The notes under the pieces were generated by a model. It was not told the DNA's origin. It saw only the letters and a program-made list of their open reading frames with translations, and did not search any database. From assembly GCA_025355125.1 (NCBI GenBank), contig JANXLP010000490.1, positions 49 through 64,048 on the forward strand: a DNA stretch of 64,000 bases. Direction: 5' to 3'. The position numbers and the translations under genes were made by a program. Origin of the DNA: Opitutaceae bacterium (GTDB taxonomy: Bacteria; Verrucomicrobiota; Verrucomicrobiia; Opitutales; Opitutaceae). Below, one piece after another: positions 46,701 to 54,969 of the stretch (the stretch's first letter is position 1; every line of letters starts with the position of its first letter).

Positions 46701-47289
46701 CGAGATGCACCGCCACCAGCGAGGTCGAGCAATACGTCTGCACCGTCACGCTCGGCCCTTTGAGATTCAGTTTATACGAAACAATCGTCGCCAGCGAATC
46801 GCGGTCGTTGAACAGCGTCAGCGCCGAGATCGCCCCCTGCCCCGCCGTCAGCTCGTGAATCTGCGGCAGCAGGTTCGCCATGAAATAATTGCTGAGGTTC
46901 GCCCCCATGAACACGCCGATGCGTCCCGCGAAACGATCCGCGTCCCAACCCGCCGACTCCAGCGCCTGCCACGAGCATTCCAGCATCAACCGGATCTGCG
47001 GGTCCATCACCTCGGCCTCGCGCGGCGTGAAACCGAAAAACGCCGGGTCAAATGCCGCGGTGTCCCCCACCTGCGGATTCGCCCGCACGAAATGCGGGTC
47101 CGCCAGCAACGACTCCGGAAAACCCGCCGCCAACAGCTCCGCGTCGTTGAAAAAACTGATCGATTCCACGCCGTTGCGGAGGTTCTGCCAAAACTCCTCC
47201 AGCGTCGTGGCCCCGGGATAGCGGAGCTGCATGCCCACGATGGCAACGTGCTTGGAAGGATCGAGGGCGTCGGCAGCGGGCTTGGTCAT
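40759..47289 (-). CDS. Type I PKS: KS - AT - KR - DH - ER - carrier protein (non-canonical domain order)
   Basis: 2176 aa. Domain motifs and approximate coordinates:
- KS: TYCSTSLVAVH, EAHGTAT, KTNFGHLD (about 46000-47250).
- AT: GHSIGEY, SHAFHS (about 44700-45700).
- KR: GVYLITGGLGGIG (about 43150-43830).
- DH: HELYGKPTLP, HPGMID (about 42250-43100).
- ER: LIHAAAGGVGLAAIQ (about 41350-42200).
- Carrier: FFELGGDSLIGVQV (about 40800-41000). Confidence 0.9.
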   Translation of the reverse strand: MTKPAADALDPSKHVAIVGMQLRYPGATTLEEFWQNLRNGVESISFFNDAELLAAGFPESLLADPHFVRANPQVGDTAAFDPAFFGFTPREAEVMDPQIRLMLECSWQALESAGWDADRFAGRIGVFMGANLSNYFMANLLPQIHELTAGQGAISALTLFNDRDSLATIVSYKLNLKGPSVTVQTYCSTSLVAVHLGCQSLITGDCEMVLAGGVSLNNEPVSGYSYEEGGIKSRDGHCRTFDAAASGTVFGNGVGVVVLKRLDRALADGDTIHAVIRGSAINNDGAIKAGYTAPSVQGQIESISAAIARAGVSPETIGFVEAHGTATLIGDPIEVTALTQAFVAGGATQRQYCALGSAKTNFGHLDRAAGVAGLMKTALTVREGVIPPSLHFENPNPKIDFESSPFFVNTVLRPWETTNGTPRRGLICSLGVGGTNAHAIVEQPPVVEPSGPSRAAQIVVLSARSESGLGIATDQLVKFLNQNPAANLADVAFTLQNGRKVFGQRRIAVGRDAAEIVAALEGKKSGLGHAGAPVASKRQVAFMFPGQGAQYVGMGRELYENEPVFRAAVDRCAETLRAQVGLDLRTVIYPAAAGAVAAAEQLKQTALTQPALFVVEYALAQLWKSWGVQPAAMIGHSIGEYVAATLAGVFSVDDALALVAARGRLMQSLPAGAMLAVPLSEAELTPLLGGELSLAAVNAPAACVASGPTAAVDALEQTLKARGVEARRLQTSHAFHSSMMEPILAEFTALVAKVKRSTPMLPYVSNLTGTWITPAQAKDPAYWAQHLRGAVRFTDGVAELLKDGERVGLEVGPGRTLSTLARQRTELAAQGAAVTSLPHPQEKTSDALHALAALGKLWIAGVEIDWAGFSAGERRRRVPLPSYPFDRQRYWVQAKAPAPAVPATTAAAKPVAFTRQADLTDWFYVPVWREAAAPAATSVGGRQWLVLADAGALRDALAARLRADGESVTLVETASAFSLVDDAHYAINPGSKEEFPLLLTTLRGEQRFPDVIVHAWSEQPATGDALANFERTQTRGFYSLLFLAQALGDENLTKPLHLGVVTTGLQSVKGEAIKGADRATLIGPCKVIAQEYPEIASTGIDVAGTPVEMAAAIVAELAVAPREPVVAWRGAQRYAQQFEAQRLPAPGAALPLLRTNGVYLITGGLGGIGLKVAEWLARTVKARLVLTNRSALPPKAEWTAWMQKHGTDDRVSRRIASVQQLEQLGAEVLLTTADTADVAAMGAAVAEARKRFGRIDGVMHAAGVAGDGVMQLKEKKTAAAVIEAKIKGALVLEAVLKDSPPDFTVHYSSIAAVVGGFGQVDYCGANSGLDVMARAATLAGGAPTISINWDAWSEVGMAVETIARPKAAAAAKLAAEFKPVEHPLFQRMRAKGDEIHYVGTYGDQGPWLITDHELYGKPTLPGTAYLEIARAAFARHAAAETYAFSDVFILATFSVEPGQTRELHTVLTTAGDGYDFTIKSQVAGDDVWLEHARGHIATGTDKPQRTHDLAAMAARCTVEYHEVGAPDKIVPGELLRQADHLRMGARWMTPEWVRLGDREGMAAQRLGDAYVGDLVDHPLHPGMIDLTAFFPFKTASVYIPFSHGTVRVYGPLPARIRSYIKQYDDLMTGKPTANFEVLICDEAGRELVVMEDYVLKKVEARSVAAAAGDGDMFPFLPGAENFQVNMATLGELDTLAPVASVRTEPGPGQIEVQMHAAGLNFKDVLRGLGMLSSDHDAGLAIGFGGEGAGVVVRAGAGVKDFAPGDRVIVMGSKCFSGFLTVPAAAAAPLADGVGFEDAATIPLVFLTAHYALQVQARLTRGEKVLIHAAAGGVGLAAIQCAQRAGAEIYATAGSAAKREYVKSLGVKHVFDSRSLGFAEDVMKATEGKGVDVVLNSLAGEFIPKGLGVLAPFGRFIEIGARDIYQNSQLGLRPFANNLSFVAIELGPLMLNRPEFVRAMLDEIMGCFRTGQFKPLPKEVFAINEVATAFQTMAGARHIGKLVLTITPPARAVRIAAGARTEAKGSATADSISPSEGIAALERIMAAGAAQMVVSPRPLQPIIDHVRGHSQAAAPAGVSSAPKPSARKLYPRPSLGNTYLAPRTPAETKLADIWQGLLGIEQIGVQDNFFELGGDSLIGVQVLSRVKKDFAVALSSSALYEGPTIEALAQALEAAKK

Positions 47290-47356
47290 GTCTTAAAAAG
47301 GCGGCGAAAAAAGAAAGTTAGAAACGGCAACACTGCGCGGGCCAAGCTCAGATACA

Positions 47357-50300
47357 CTACAACCGCGACGATTGTGCGCTGACGACTGCCGGCGCCAGCC
47401 GCCGCGGCGTCGGTGCGTCATAAAATAGGGTCACGGCTAGGGTAACGCCCAACCCGCTCTTGATCGCCGAAAGCGCCTGCATGGCGCTCAACGAATCGCC
47501 GCCGAGCTCGAAGAAATTGTCGTCCGCGCCCACTTTTTCGAGCCCCAGCAACGTCGCCCACTGCTCCGCGAGCTGCCGCTCCGCGCCCACCGCCGGCTCG
47601 GCGAATTCCGTCGTCAGCGCCGGCCGCGGATGCCGCGCCGCCGCCTCAATCATCGCCGTCGCCGCCGCGCCCACCGCCGAAAACCGCCCCGGCAGCCGCC
47701 CCGTCGAGACGATCACCTGCGTGCGCGGCGCCGCCAGCAGCCGCCGCAACACCTCGCCACCCTCGGCCGGCGTGATCGCAAACGGATTTCCCTTCGCCTC
47801 CGCGAGGCCCATCCCCGCGCCGCTCCAAAGATCCCAGTTCACAGAAATAACCGGCACGCCCCGCGCCGTCAGCGCCGCCGCCTGCGCATCGAGCCACGCA
47901 TTGGCCGCCACGTAATCGCTCTGCCCCGCGCTGCCCGACCACACCGCCAGCGACGAGCAGAACAGCACAAAATCAAAGCTCCGCCCCGCACTCGCCTCCA
48001 CCAGCGCCGCCGCACCGTCGATCTTCGGAGCAAACACCGCCTGCGTTTCCGCGCGCGTCTTCCGCATCGCGATGGTCCGCCCCGGCACACCCGCCGCGTG
48101 GATGACCCCATGCACCGCCCCCCAACGCGCTTCCGCCGCCGCCAGCACGCTCGTCCACGCCGCCGTCGTGCCGATGTCCGCCGCCAGCGCCAGCACTTCG
48201 CCGCCCAGTGCTTCCAGCCGCGCCGTCGCCTCGCTCTGTCCCGCGCCACCGCGCCGACTCACCAACACCAGCCGCGCCTTCGCCGTGCGCGCGAGCGTCT
48301 CCGCCAGCGCGAGACCGATGCCGCCAAAACCTCCCGTGATGACATATACGCCGCGCTCCCGCAGCCCCGCAGTCGCGGTCGCCTCCAACGCCGGCGACGC
48401 CACCGCTTCAAAATGCGGCAACCACCGCCCGCCCGCCCGCCACGCCGCGAGCCGTGCACGATCGCCGATCAAAAACTCCTCCGCTAAAATCTCACTGGCC
48501 CGCTCCGCCGTGTCCGCACCACCGAGGTCCACTTGGCGCGCATCAACCCACGGCAGCTCAATCGGTAACACCTGCGCCAGCCCAGCCGCCAACGCCCCCG
48601 CCGGTCGCACCCGATCCGTGCCCAGCACCCGATGCACGCCCACCGTCGGCAGCAACAACCGTAGCGGCTCTGTCGTCTCGGTCGCGACCAGCGCCGGCGC
48701 CAGCGCGATCAGCCGATGAAACGCCTCGCTCGCCTCCCCCTCGTTCGCCGCATCCATAAAATCCGTCGCCGCAATGCCCGCGATTCGCCGTCCGCCCGCC
48801 CGCGCCGCGCGCAATCCTTCCTCCCAGTCCGCACCCGGTTCGCGCTCAGTCACGACGCGCCCCGCCACCCGCCAACGCGCCGCCAGCGCCGCGCCCACGC
48901 CCGCTTTGTCCAACGTCACGATCCACGCCGCGCTCTCGATTTCCGCCGTCGCCGCCACCGGCCGCGCCACCGATTGTTTCCAAGTCGGCACATAAAACCA
49001 CTCGTCCAACGGCGCTCGCACCGGCGCCGACGCTTCACCGCCACCACCACCGGCCGCGCCACGCATCGGATCGATCCAGTGCCGCCGCCGCTCAAAGGGG
49101 TAAGTCGGCAGCTCCACCCGCCGCGTCAGCCCGGGCGCGCGCAGGCTTTTCCAATCGATGCTCACACCCGCGATCCACAGTCGGCCCAGCGTGCCCAGCA
49201 GCGTCGCGCCCTCGGGCTTGCGCTCGCGCGTGTCCGGCAGCGAGGGCCACACACTCCGCGTATCCGCCGTATCCAGATTCGACCGCGCCAGTCCCGCGAG
49301 AATCCGCCCCGGCCCGACTTCCACCAGCAACCGGTTCGGCTCTTTCGCTAGTTCGCGCAGTCCATCCGCAAAATAAACCGTCTGCCGCAACTGCCGCGCC
49401 CAGTAAGCCGGGTCCGTCGCCTCCGTCGCCGTGAGCCAGCGCCCCGTCACATTCGAAATCACCGGAATCTTCGGCGCGTGCAACTTCACCGCCCGCACTT
49501 CCGCGAGAAACGGCGCCATCACCGGCTCCATCAGATGCGATTGAAACGCATGTGAGGTCGGCAACCGCCGCGCCATCACCCCCGCACTGCGCAACGTATC
49601 TTCCAACCGCGCGATCTCTTCCGTCGCGCCAGCCACCACGCACGCCGTCGGACCGTTCACAATCGCCAGCGAGAGCGCCGTGTTCAGATGCGTTTTCACC
49701 TGCGCCGGCGCCAGCGTCACCGCCAACATCGCGCCTTCCGGTAGCGCCTTCATCAGCCGCCCCCGCGCCGCCACCAAGCGCACCGCGTCATCGAGCGAAA
49801 ATACTCCTGCGACACACGCCGCCGTCAGCTCGCCCAAACTGTGCCCGAGCAGCGCCGCCGGTTTCACACCCCACGCGAGCCACACCTGCGCGAGCGCATA
49901 CTCGACCGCGAAGAGCGCCGGCTGCGCGAGTTCGGTGCGTCTAAGCCGCGCCTCCGCCGCGTCATCCGCCACCGTCGGATACACCGCCGCATGTAAATCC
50001 TCGCCAATCAACGGACGAAACAGCGCCGCACATCGGTCAAACGCCGCGCGATAAACCGGCTCCGCCGCGTGCAGTTCCTTACCCATGTTGACCGCCTGCG
50101 CTCCCTGACCGGGAAACAAAAATGCCACTTCGCGCGTCCCCGTTTTCACGACGCCCGTCGCCACCCGCCCCGCGTCCACCGCCGTCAACGCCGTCACCGC
50201 CTCGGGCAGCGTCGCCGCCACGATCGCACGCCGATGTTCAAAATGCCGCCGGCCTTCGCGCAGCGTCTGCGCCGTCTCCGCAAGTGTCGGCGTCTGCGTC

Positions 50301-51742
50301 CCCGCCAGACGCGTCGCCAGTTTCTTCGTCGCCTCCGCCAGCGCCGTCTCCGTGCGCGCCGAGAGCACCAGCAATTCCCACGGCCGCACCGGCACCGCAG
50401 CATCCTTCACCACCGCCATCACGCGCGGCGCCTCTTCCAAAATCACATGCGCGTTCGTCCCACCCACGCCAAACGCACTCACGCCCGCCCGCCGCGGCGC
50501 ACCATCCGCCGTCTTCGGCCAGGGCTTCAACGTCGCATTCACCACAAACGGACTGCTCGCAAAATCGATCTTCGGATTCGGCGTCTTGAAATGCATGCTC
50601 GCCGGCAACTCGCCGTGGTGCAGCGCGAGCACGGTCTTGATAAGCCCCGTCACGCCACCCGCCGCATCGAGATGCCCGATATTCGATTTCACCGATCCGA
50701 GCGCGCAAAAACCGCGACGCTGCGTCGTCTCACGAAAAGCCTGCGTGAGTGCCGCCACTTCGATGGGATCGCCCAACGGCGTCGCCGTCCCATGTGCCTC
50801 GACGTAGCTGATGTCATCCGCGCTCACCCCCGCGTTCGCCAGCGCCTCGCCGATCACCTCCGCCTGCCCACTCACCGCCGGCGCCGTGAAGCCCGCTTTC
50901 GCCGCTCCGTCGTTGTTAATCGCCGAGCCCTTCAGCACCGCGAGGATGCGATCCCCGTCGCGCAACGCATCCGCCAACCGCCGCAGCACCACCGCGCCCA
51001 CCCCACTCCCAAAAATCGTTCCGCGCGCCGCCGCGTCAAAAGGCCGGCAATGTCCATCCGGTGACGTCACACCTTCCTCCGCATAACCGTAGCCCGTTTC
51101 CTGCGGCAAAATCACCGTCGCCCCGCCCGCGACCGCCGCATCGCATTCAAAATTCAACAAGCTCTGCGCCGCCACGTGCACCGCCACCAACGACCCGGAA
51201 CAAGCCGTCTGCAACGTAAACGCCGGCCCGCGCAGGTTCAGTTTATAACTCACCCGCGTCGCCAAAAAGTCCGGGAAATTTCCAATTCCCAGCGCCGCCG
51301 CCGCCTCGCTCGCGCGCGGATGTCCGTTGAGATTGTGCAGGAGATAAGAACTCGTGGGCGCCGCCGCGAACACGCCGATCAAGCCATCAAACTGATCCGG
51401 CGCCACGCCCGCGCGCTCCAGCGCCTCGTGCGCCGTTTCCAAAAACAGCCGTTGCTGCGGGTCCATCACCTCCGCCTCGCGCGGCGGAATCCCAAAAAAC
51501 GTCGCGTCGAATTGCGCCACGTCATCCAGCCGCGGCCGCGCCTTCACATAATTCGGATCGACCAGCTGCGCCTCGCTCACGCCCGCCGCGCGCAGTTCGT
51601 CATCGGTGAAAAAATGCACCGACTCCGTGCCGCTGCGCAGATTCGCCCAAAATTCCTCCACGTTGCGCGCGCCCGGAAAACGCCCCGCCACCGCGATGAT
51701 CGCGAGCGCATTCCGATCCGTTGTTTTCACCGCGTCACTCAT
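47357..51742 (-). CDS. Type I PKS: KS - AT - KR - carrier protein
   Basis: 1461 aa. KS: TACSGSLVAVH, EAHGTAT, KSNIGHLD. AT: GHSLGEL, SHAFQS. KR: GVYVITGGFGGIG. Carrier: FFELGGDSLSAMQA. Confidence 0.9.
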   Translation of the reverse strand: MSDAVKTTDRNALAIIAVAGRFPGARNVEEFWANLRSGTESVHFFTDDELRAAGVSEAQLVDPNYVKARPRLDDVAQFDATFFGIPPREAEVMDPQQRLFLETAHEALERAGVAPDQFDGLIGVFAAAPTSSYLLHNLNGHPRASEAAAALGIGNFPDFLATRVSYKLNLRGPAFTLQTACSGSLVAVHVAAQSLLNFECDAAVAGGATVILPQETGYGYAEEGVTSPDGHCRPFDAAARGTIFGSGVGAVVLRRLADALRDGDRILAVLKGSAINNDGAAKAGFTAPAVSGQAEVIGEALANAGVSADDISYVEAHGTATPLGDPIEVAALTQAFRETTQRRGFCALGSVKSNIGHLDAAGGVTGLIKTVLALHHGELPASMHFKTPNPKIDFASSPFVVNATLKPWPKTADGAPRRAGVSAFGVGGTNAHVILEEAPRVMAVVKDAAVPVRPWELLVLSARTETALAEATKKLATRLAGTQTPTLAETAQTLREGRRHFEHRRAIVAATLPEAVTALTAVDAGRVATGVVKTGTREVAFLFPGQGAQAVNMGKELHAAEPVYRAAFDRCAALFRPLIGEDLHAAVYPTVADDAAEARLRRTELAQPALFAVEYALAQVWLAWGVKPAALLGHSLGELTAACVAGVFSLDDAVRLVAARGRLMKALPEGAMLAVTLAPAQVKTHLNTALSLAIVNGPTACVVAGATEEIARLEDTLRSAGVMARRLPTSHAFQSHLMEPVMAPFLAEVRAVKLHAPKIPVISNVTGRWLTATEATDPAYWARQLRQTVYFADGLRELAKEPNRLLVEVGPGRILAGLARSNLDTADTRSVWPSLPDTRERKPEGATLLGTLGRLWIAGVSIDWKSLRAPGLTRRVELPTYPFERRRHWIDPMRGAAGGGGGEASAPVRAPLDEWFYVPTWKQSVARPVAATAEIESAAWIVTLDKAGVGAALAARWRVAGRVVTEREPGADWEEGLRAARAGGRRIAGIAATDFMDAANEGEASEAFHRLIALAPALVATETTEPLRLLLPTVGVHRVLGTDRVRPAGALAAGLAQVLPIELPWVDARQVDLGGADTAERASEILAEEFLIGDRARLAAWRAGGRWLPHFEAVASPALEATATAGLRERGVYVITGGFGGIGLALAETLARTAKARLVLVSRRGGAGQSEATARLEALGGEVLALAADIGTTAAWTSVLAAAEARWGAVHGVIHAAGVPGRTIAMRKTRAETQAVFAPKIDGAAALVEASAGRSFDFVLFCSSLAVWSGSAGQSDYVAANAWLDAQAAALTARGVPVISVNWDLWSGAGMGLAEAKGNPFAITPAEGGEVLRRLLAAPRTQVIVSTGRLPGRFSAVGAAATAMIEAAARHPRPALTTEFAEPAVGAERQLAEQWATLLGLEKVGADDNFFELGGDSLSAMQALSAIKSGLGVTLAVTLFYDAPTPRRLAPAVVSAQSSRL

Positions 51743-54700
51743 GCGCCGCCTCCGTCATGCCGTTCGCGTCGACGCGCCCCGCGCCGCTCGCGCGCCACCG
51801 GCGCCTCGACCGGTGTTTCCGCCCGCGCCACGCGCGCCGCCACCGCCGCCACCGTCGGCTGATCCAGAAACGCCGCCACCGTCAGCTCCGTGCCAAAGCG
51901 CCGGTTGATCCGCGCCACCACTTGCACCGCCGCCAGCGAATCTCCGCCCGCTTCAAAAAAATTCTGCTCCCACGTCGCCGGCTCCGCGCCCACCGCCTCG
52001 CGCCAGATCTCCGCCAGCGCGCGCTCCGCCTCTGCCCGCGTGACCGCCACCGGCATCACCACCGCCGCGGGTGCCGACGTTTTCCGCAACCACACCCGCA
52101 AGTCCGTCATCGCCACCGCCCACATGCCCGGCTCGCCGCGCGTGATCAGCCGCAACAACACCTCGGCTCCCGTTGCGCCATCAATGCCCGCACCGTCGCC
52201 GCCCCACGCCACGCTGATCCAGCCCGTGCCATCCGTCCGCGCCGCCGACTGCTCCGCCAGCGCATCGAGCGCTGCGTTCGCCGCCGCATAAGCGCCCAAG
52301 CCCGGCCCGCCCACCACCGCCGCCAGTGAAGAAATCGCCACGCGAAAATCCATCGCGCGCTCCGCCAGCGCCGCATCCAACGCGCGCCAGCCCTCAACTT
52401 TCGGCCGCCACTGCGCCGCACGCACCGTCTCATCCGTCTCCGCCGCCGCACGCACCGATTCCGCTCCCGTCACGCCCGCCGCGTGAATCACCCCGTGCAC
52501 CGCCCCCCAACGCGCCTCCGCCGACACCACCGCCGCGCGCATCCCAGCTTCGTCCGCAACATCTGCCGCCACCACCAGCACTTCACTGCCCGTGGCCTCA
52601 ATCGCCCGCACGCGCGCTTCGACGCCACTGGCCCCGCGCCGTCCGACCAACACCAGCCGCACGCGCCCCAACCGCGCTAACTCATCCGCCAGCGCCAGTC
52701 CCAGCCGCCCAAATCCACCCGCGATCAAATAGACACCGCCGTCGCGCCACCCACCGCCCGCCGCCACCGGCACCGCGTCCCAACCGCGCACCCAGCGCCG
52801 TCCACCGCGCCGCGCCACCACCGCTTCATCGGTCGGCGCACCAAACTCCGCCCCAACCGCCGCCACGCGTTCATCGCCGACCAATCCGCCGACATCCAGC
52901 ACGCGAAACCGCAACGTCGGCCACTCCTGCGCGAGCGCCGCTCCAAACCCAATCACCGCCGCCAACTCCGGCGCCGTCACATCGCCGCCTTCCACCGCGA
53001 GCACACCATCTACGAGCGCCACGATTTCCCGTTTCCCACCGAGCGAGGCCTGCGCCCTCAACGCCGCCACCGCCTCGACCGCATCGCAGCCGACAAAATC
53101 CATCACCACGCGCTCCCCCGCCACCGCCGCATCACCGCGCCGCCATGTCACCACGTTGAGTGGTTCACTTTGCCGTGTAACCCCGCGCCGCCACGCCGCG
53201 CGATAAATCCACTCCGACACATCCCGTTTCTCGAATTTCTGCGCACCTGCCTCCGTCGCCGCTACCACCGGCGCTTCGACCCAATGCCGCGTCCGCTCAA
53301 ACGCATACGTGGGCAACGCCACCGTGTGCCCCGCCGCCGTCAGTTCCTCCGGCCACACGCTCTCTGTGCTCGCCAGCCAATTCTTCACGCCCGCCGGTGC
53401 GTCCGCCGGCACTACGCCGTTTATTTCCCTGAAAGCCGTCGCCGCTTCGCGCGCATTCGTCGCCCGCACCACGCGACGCGCCGCAAAACCCCGCCGTCCA
53501 CGCTGCAACGTGCGCGCCACATCCGCCAGATTCCCCTCGGGATTTGCATCGAGCCAAGCCGCCAGCCGCTCGCTCACTCGCGCCAACGCCGCCGCGTTCC
53601 GCGCCGACACCGGCAACCACTGCACTCCAACCGCGCCCGCCGTCTCCACCCGCTCCGGCGCCTGCTCGAGCACCACATGCGCATTCGTGCCGCCAATCCC
53701 AAACGAGCTCACCCCCGCGCGCCGCCGTCCGCCCGCCACCGGCCACGCGACCGTCTGCACATTCACAAAAAACGGCGTCCCCGCCAACCCCGCCTCCGGA
53801 TTCGGCGCGGTGAAATGCAGCGTCGCCGGCACCACGCCCGCACGCACCGCTAGCGCCGCCTTGATGAGTCCCGCCACTCCCGCCGCCGCATCGAGATGCC
53901 CCAAATTCGATTTCACCGATCCCAGCGCACACCGCGCCGCTCCGCCCGCCCCGCCAAAAACTTCCGCCAGCGCCGCGACTTCGATCGGGTCGCCCAGCGG
54001 CGTCGCCGTCCCGTGCGCTTCCACCAAACCAATGCTCGCCGGCGTCACCTCCGCCGCCGCTAGAGCCAGCGCGATCACCGCCGCCTGTCCCGACGCCCCC
54101 GGCGCCGTAAAGCCCACCTTGTTCGCGCCGTCATTGTTCACCGCCGCGCCCCGGATCACCGCGATGATTTCATCGCCGTCCGCCAGCGCATCTTCAAGCC
54201 GCCGCAACACCACCACGCCGCAGCCACTCGCCGGCACCGTCCCGCGCGCCGCCGCATCAAACGGCCGGCAATGCCCGTCCGGCGACGCCACCCCGCCCTC
54301 CGTATAAACGTAGCCGGTCGCGTGGGGCACTTTCACCGATACCCCACCCGCCAGCGCCGTGTCGCATTGGAAATTCTGCAAACTCTGACACGCGAGCTGC
54401 GCCGCCACGAGCGAGGTGCTGCACGCCGTCTGCACCGTCACCGCCGGCCCGCGCAGATCCAGCGCATACGCCAGCCGCTGCGTCAGCGCATCCTTGTCGC
54501 TCGCAATCGCCGCCCCAAAAACGCCCACGCTCGCCACCAGCTCACGGTTCGGCGCCACATTGAACAACAGATACGTGTTCAAACTCGCCCCCGCAAAAAC
54601 GCCCACGCTCCCGCCGCCCCGCGCCGGATCGATCCCCGCATTTTCCAACGCGCTCCACGCGCACTCGAAAAACACCCGATGCTGCGGATCAAGAATCTCA

Positions 54701-54969
54701 GCCTCCCGGGGATTCAGCCCAAAAAACTCCGCATCAAACCGATCATAATCCGCGATTCCGCCCGATACCCGCACGAAATTCTTGTCCGCCAATTCCACCT
54801 CGCCCAATCCCGCCGCGCGCAATTCCGCCTCCGACAACGGCGCCAGCCCCTCACGTCCTGCCACCAGCATCTCCCACAGCGCATCCACATCGGCCGCCCC
54901 CGGAAAACGCCCCGCGATGCCTACGATCGCGATCGCATCCGCCGGCAAATTCATCGCGCTTGTGCTCAT
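51739..54969 (-). CDS. AT-less PKS module: KS - linker - KR - carrier protein
   Basis: 1076 aa. KS: TACSTSLVAAQ, EAHGTAT, KSNLGHLD. Only about 128 aa separate the KS end (about 53665) from the post-AT linker LPTYAFERTRHW (53281-53316). KR: GVYLIAGGFGRLG. Carrier: FFEAGGDSLAAVQV. ATGA overlaps at both ends. Confidence 0.9.
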   Translation of the reverse strand: MSTSAMNLPADAIAIVGIAGRFPGAADVDALWEMLVAGREGLAPLSEAELRAAGLGEVELADKNFVRVSGGIADYDRFDAEFFGLNPREAEILDPQHRVFFECAWSALENAGIDPARGGGSVGVFAGASLNTYLLFNVAPNRELVASVGVFGAAIASDKDALTQRLAYALDLRGPAVTVQTACSTSLVAAQLACQSLQNFQCDTALAGGVSVKVPHATGYVYTEGGVASPDGHCRPFDAAARGTVPASGCGVVVLRRLEDALADGDEIIAVIRGAAVNNDGANKVGFTAPGASGQAAVIALALAAAEVTPASIGLVEAHGTATPLGDPIEVAALAEVFGGAGGAARCALGSVKSNLGHLDAAAGVAGLIKAALAVRAGVVPATLHFTAPNPEAGLAGTPFFVNVQTVAWPVAGGRRRAGVSSFGIGGTNAHVVLEQAPERVETAGAVGVQWLPVSARNAAALARVSERLAAWLDANPEGNLADVARTLQRGRRGFAARRVVRATNAREAATAFREINGVVPADAPAGVKNWLASTESVWPEELTAAGHTVALPTYAFERTRHWVEAPVVAATEAGAQKFEKRDVSEWIYRAAWRRGVTRQSEPLNVVTWRRGDAAVAGERVVMDFVGCDAVEAVAALRAQASLGGKREIVALVDGVLAVEGGDVTAPELAAVIGFGAALAQEWPTLRFRVLDVGGLVGDERVAAVGAEFGAPTDEAVVARRGGRRWVRGWDAVPVAAGGGWRDGGVYLIAGGFGRLGLALADELARLGRVRLVLVGRRGASGVEARVRAIEATGSEVLVVAADVADEAGMRAAVVSAEARWGAVHGVIHAAGVTGAESVRAAAETDETVRAAQWRPKVEGWRALDAALAERAMDFRVAISSLAAVVGGPGLGAYAAANAALDALAEQSAARTDGTGWISVAWGGDGAGIDGATGAEVLLRLITRGEPGMWAVAMTDLRVWLRKTSAPAAVVMPVAVTRAEAERALAEIWREAVGAEPATWEQNFFEAGGDSLAAVQVVARINRRFGTELTVAAFLDQPTVAAVAARVARAETPVEAPVARERRGARRRERHDGGGA

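Noticed and set aside
43879-47382. 1167-aa plus-strand ORF, with similar long ORFs at 38488..40383, 42550..43605, 50069..51064, 53309..54307, 54271..55017, 55476..56678, 56808..58334, 58343..59275 and 61814..63178
   Set aside because: They are Arg/His/Pro/Gln-rich low-complexity translations with no recognisable domains. They lie exactly antisense to strongly supported PKS, NRPS or carbamoyltransferase genes. This is typical of shadow ORFs in high-GC DNA.
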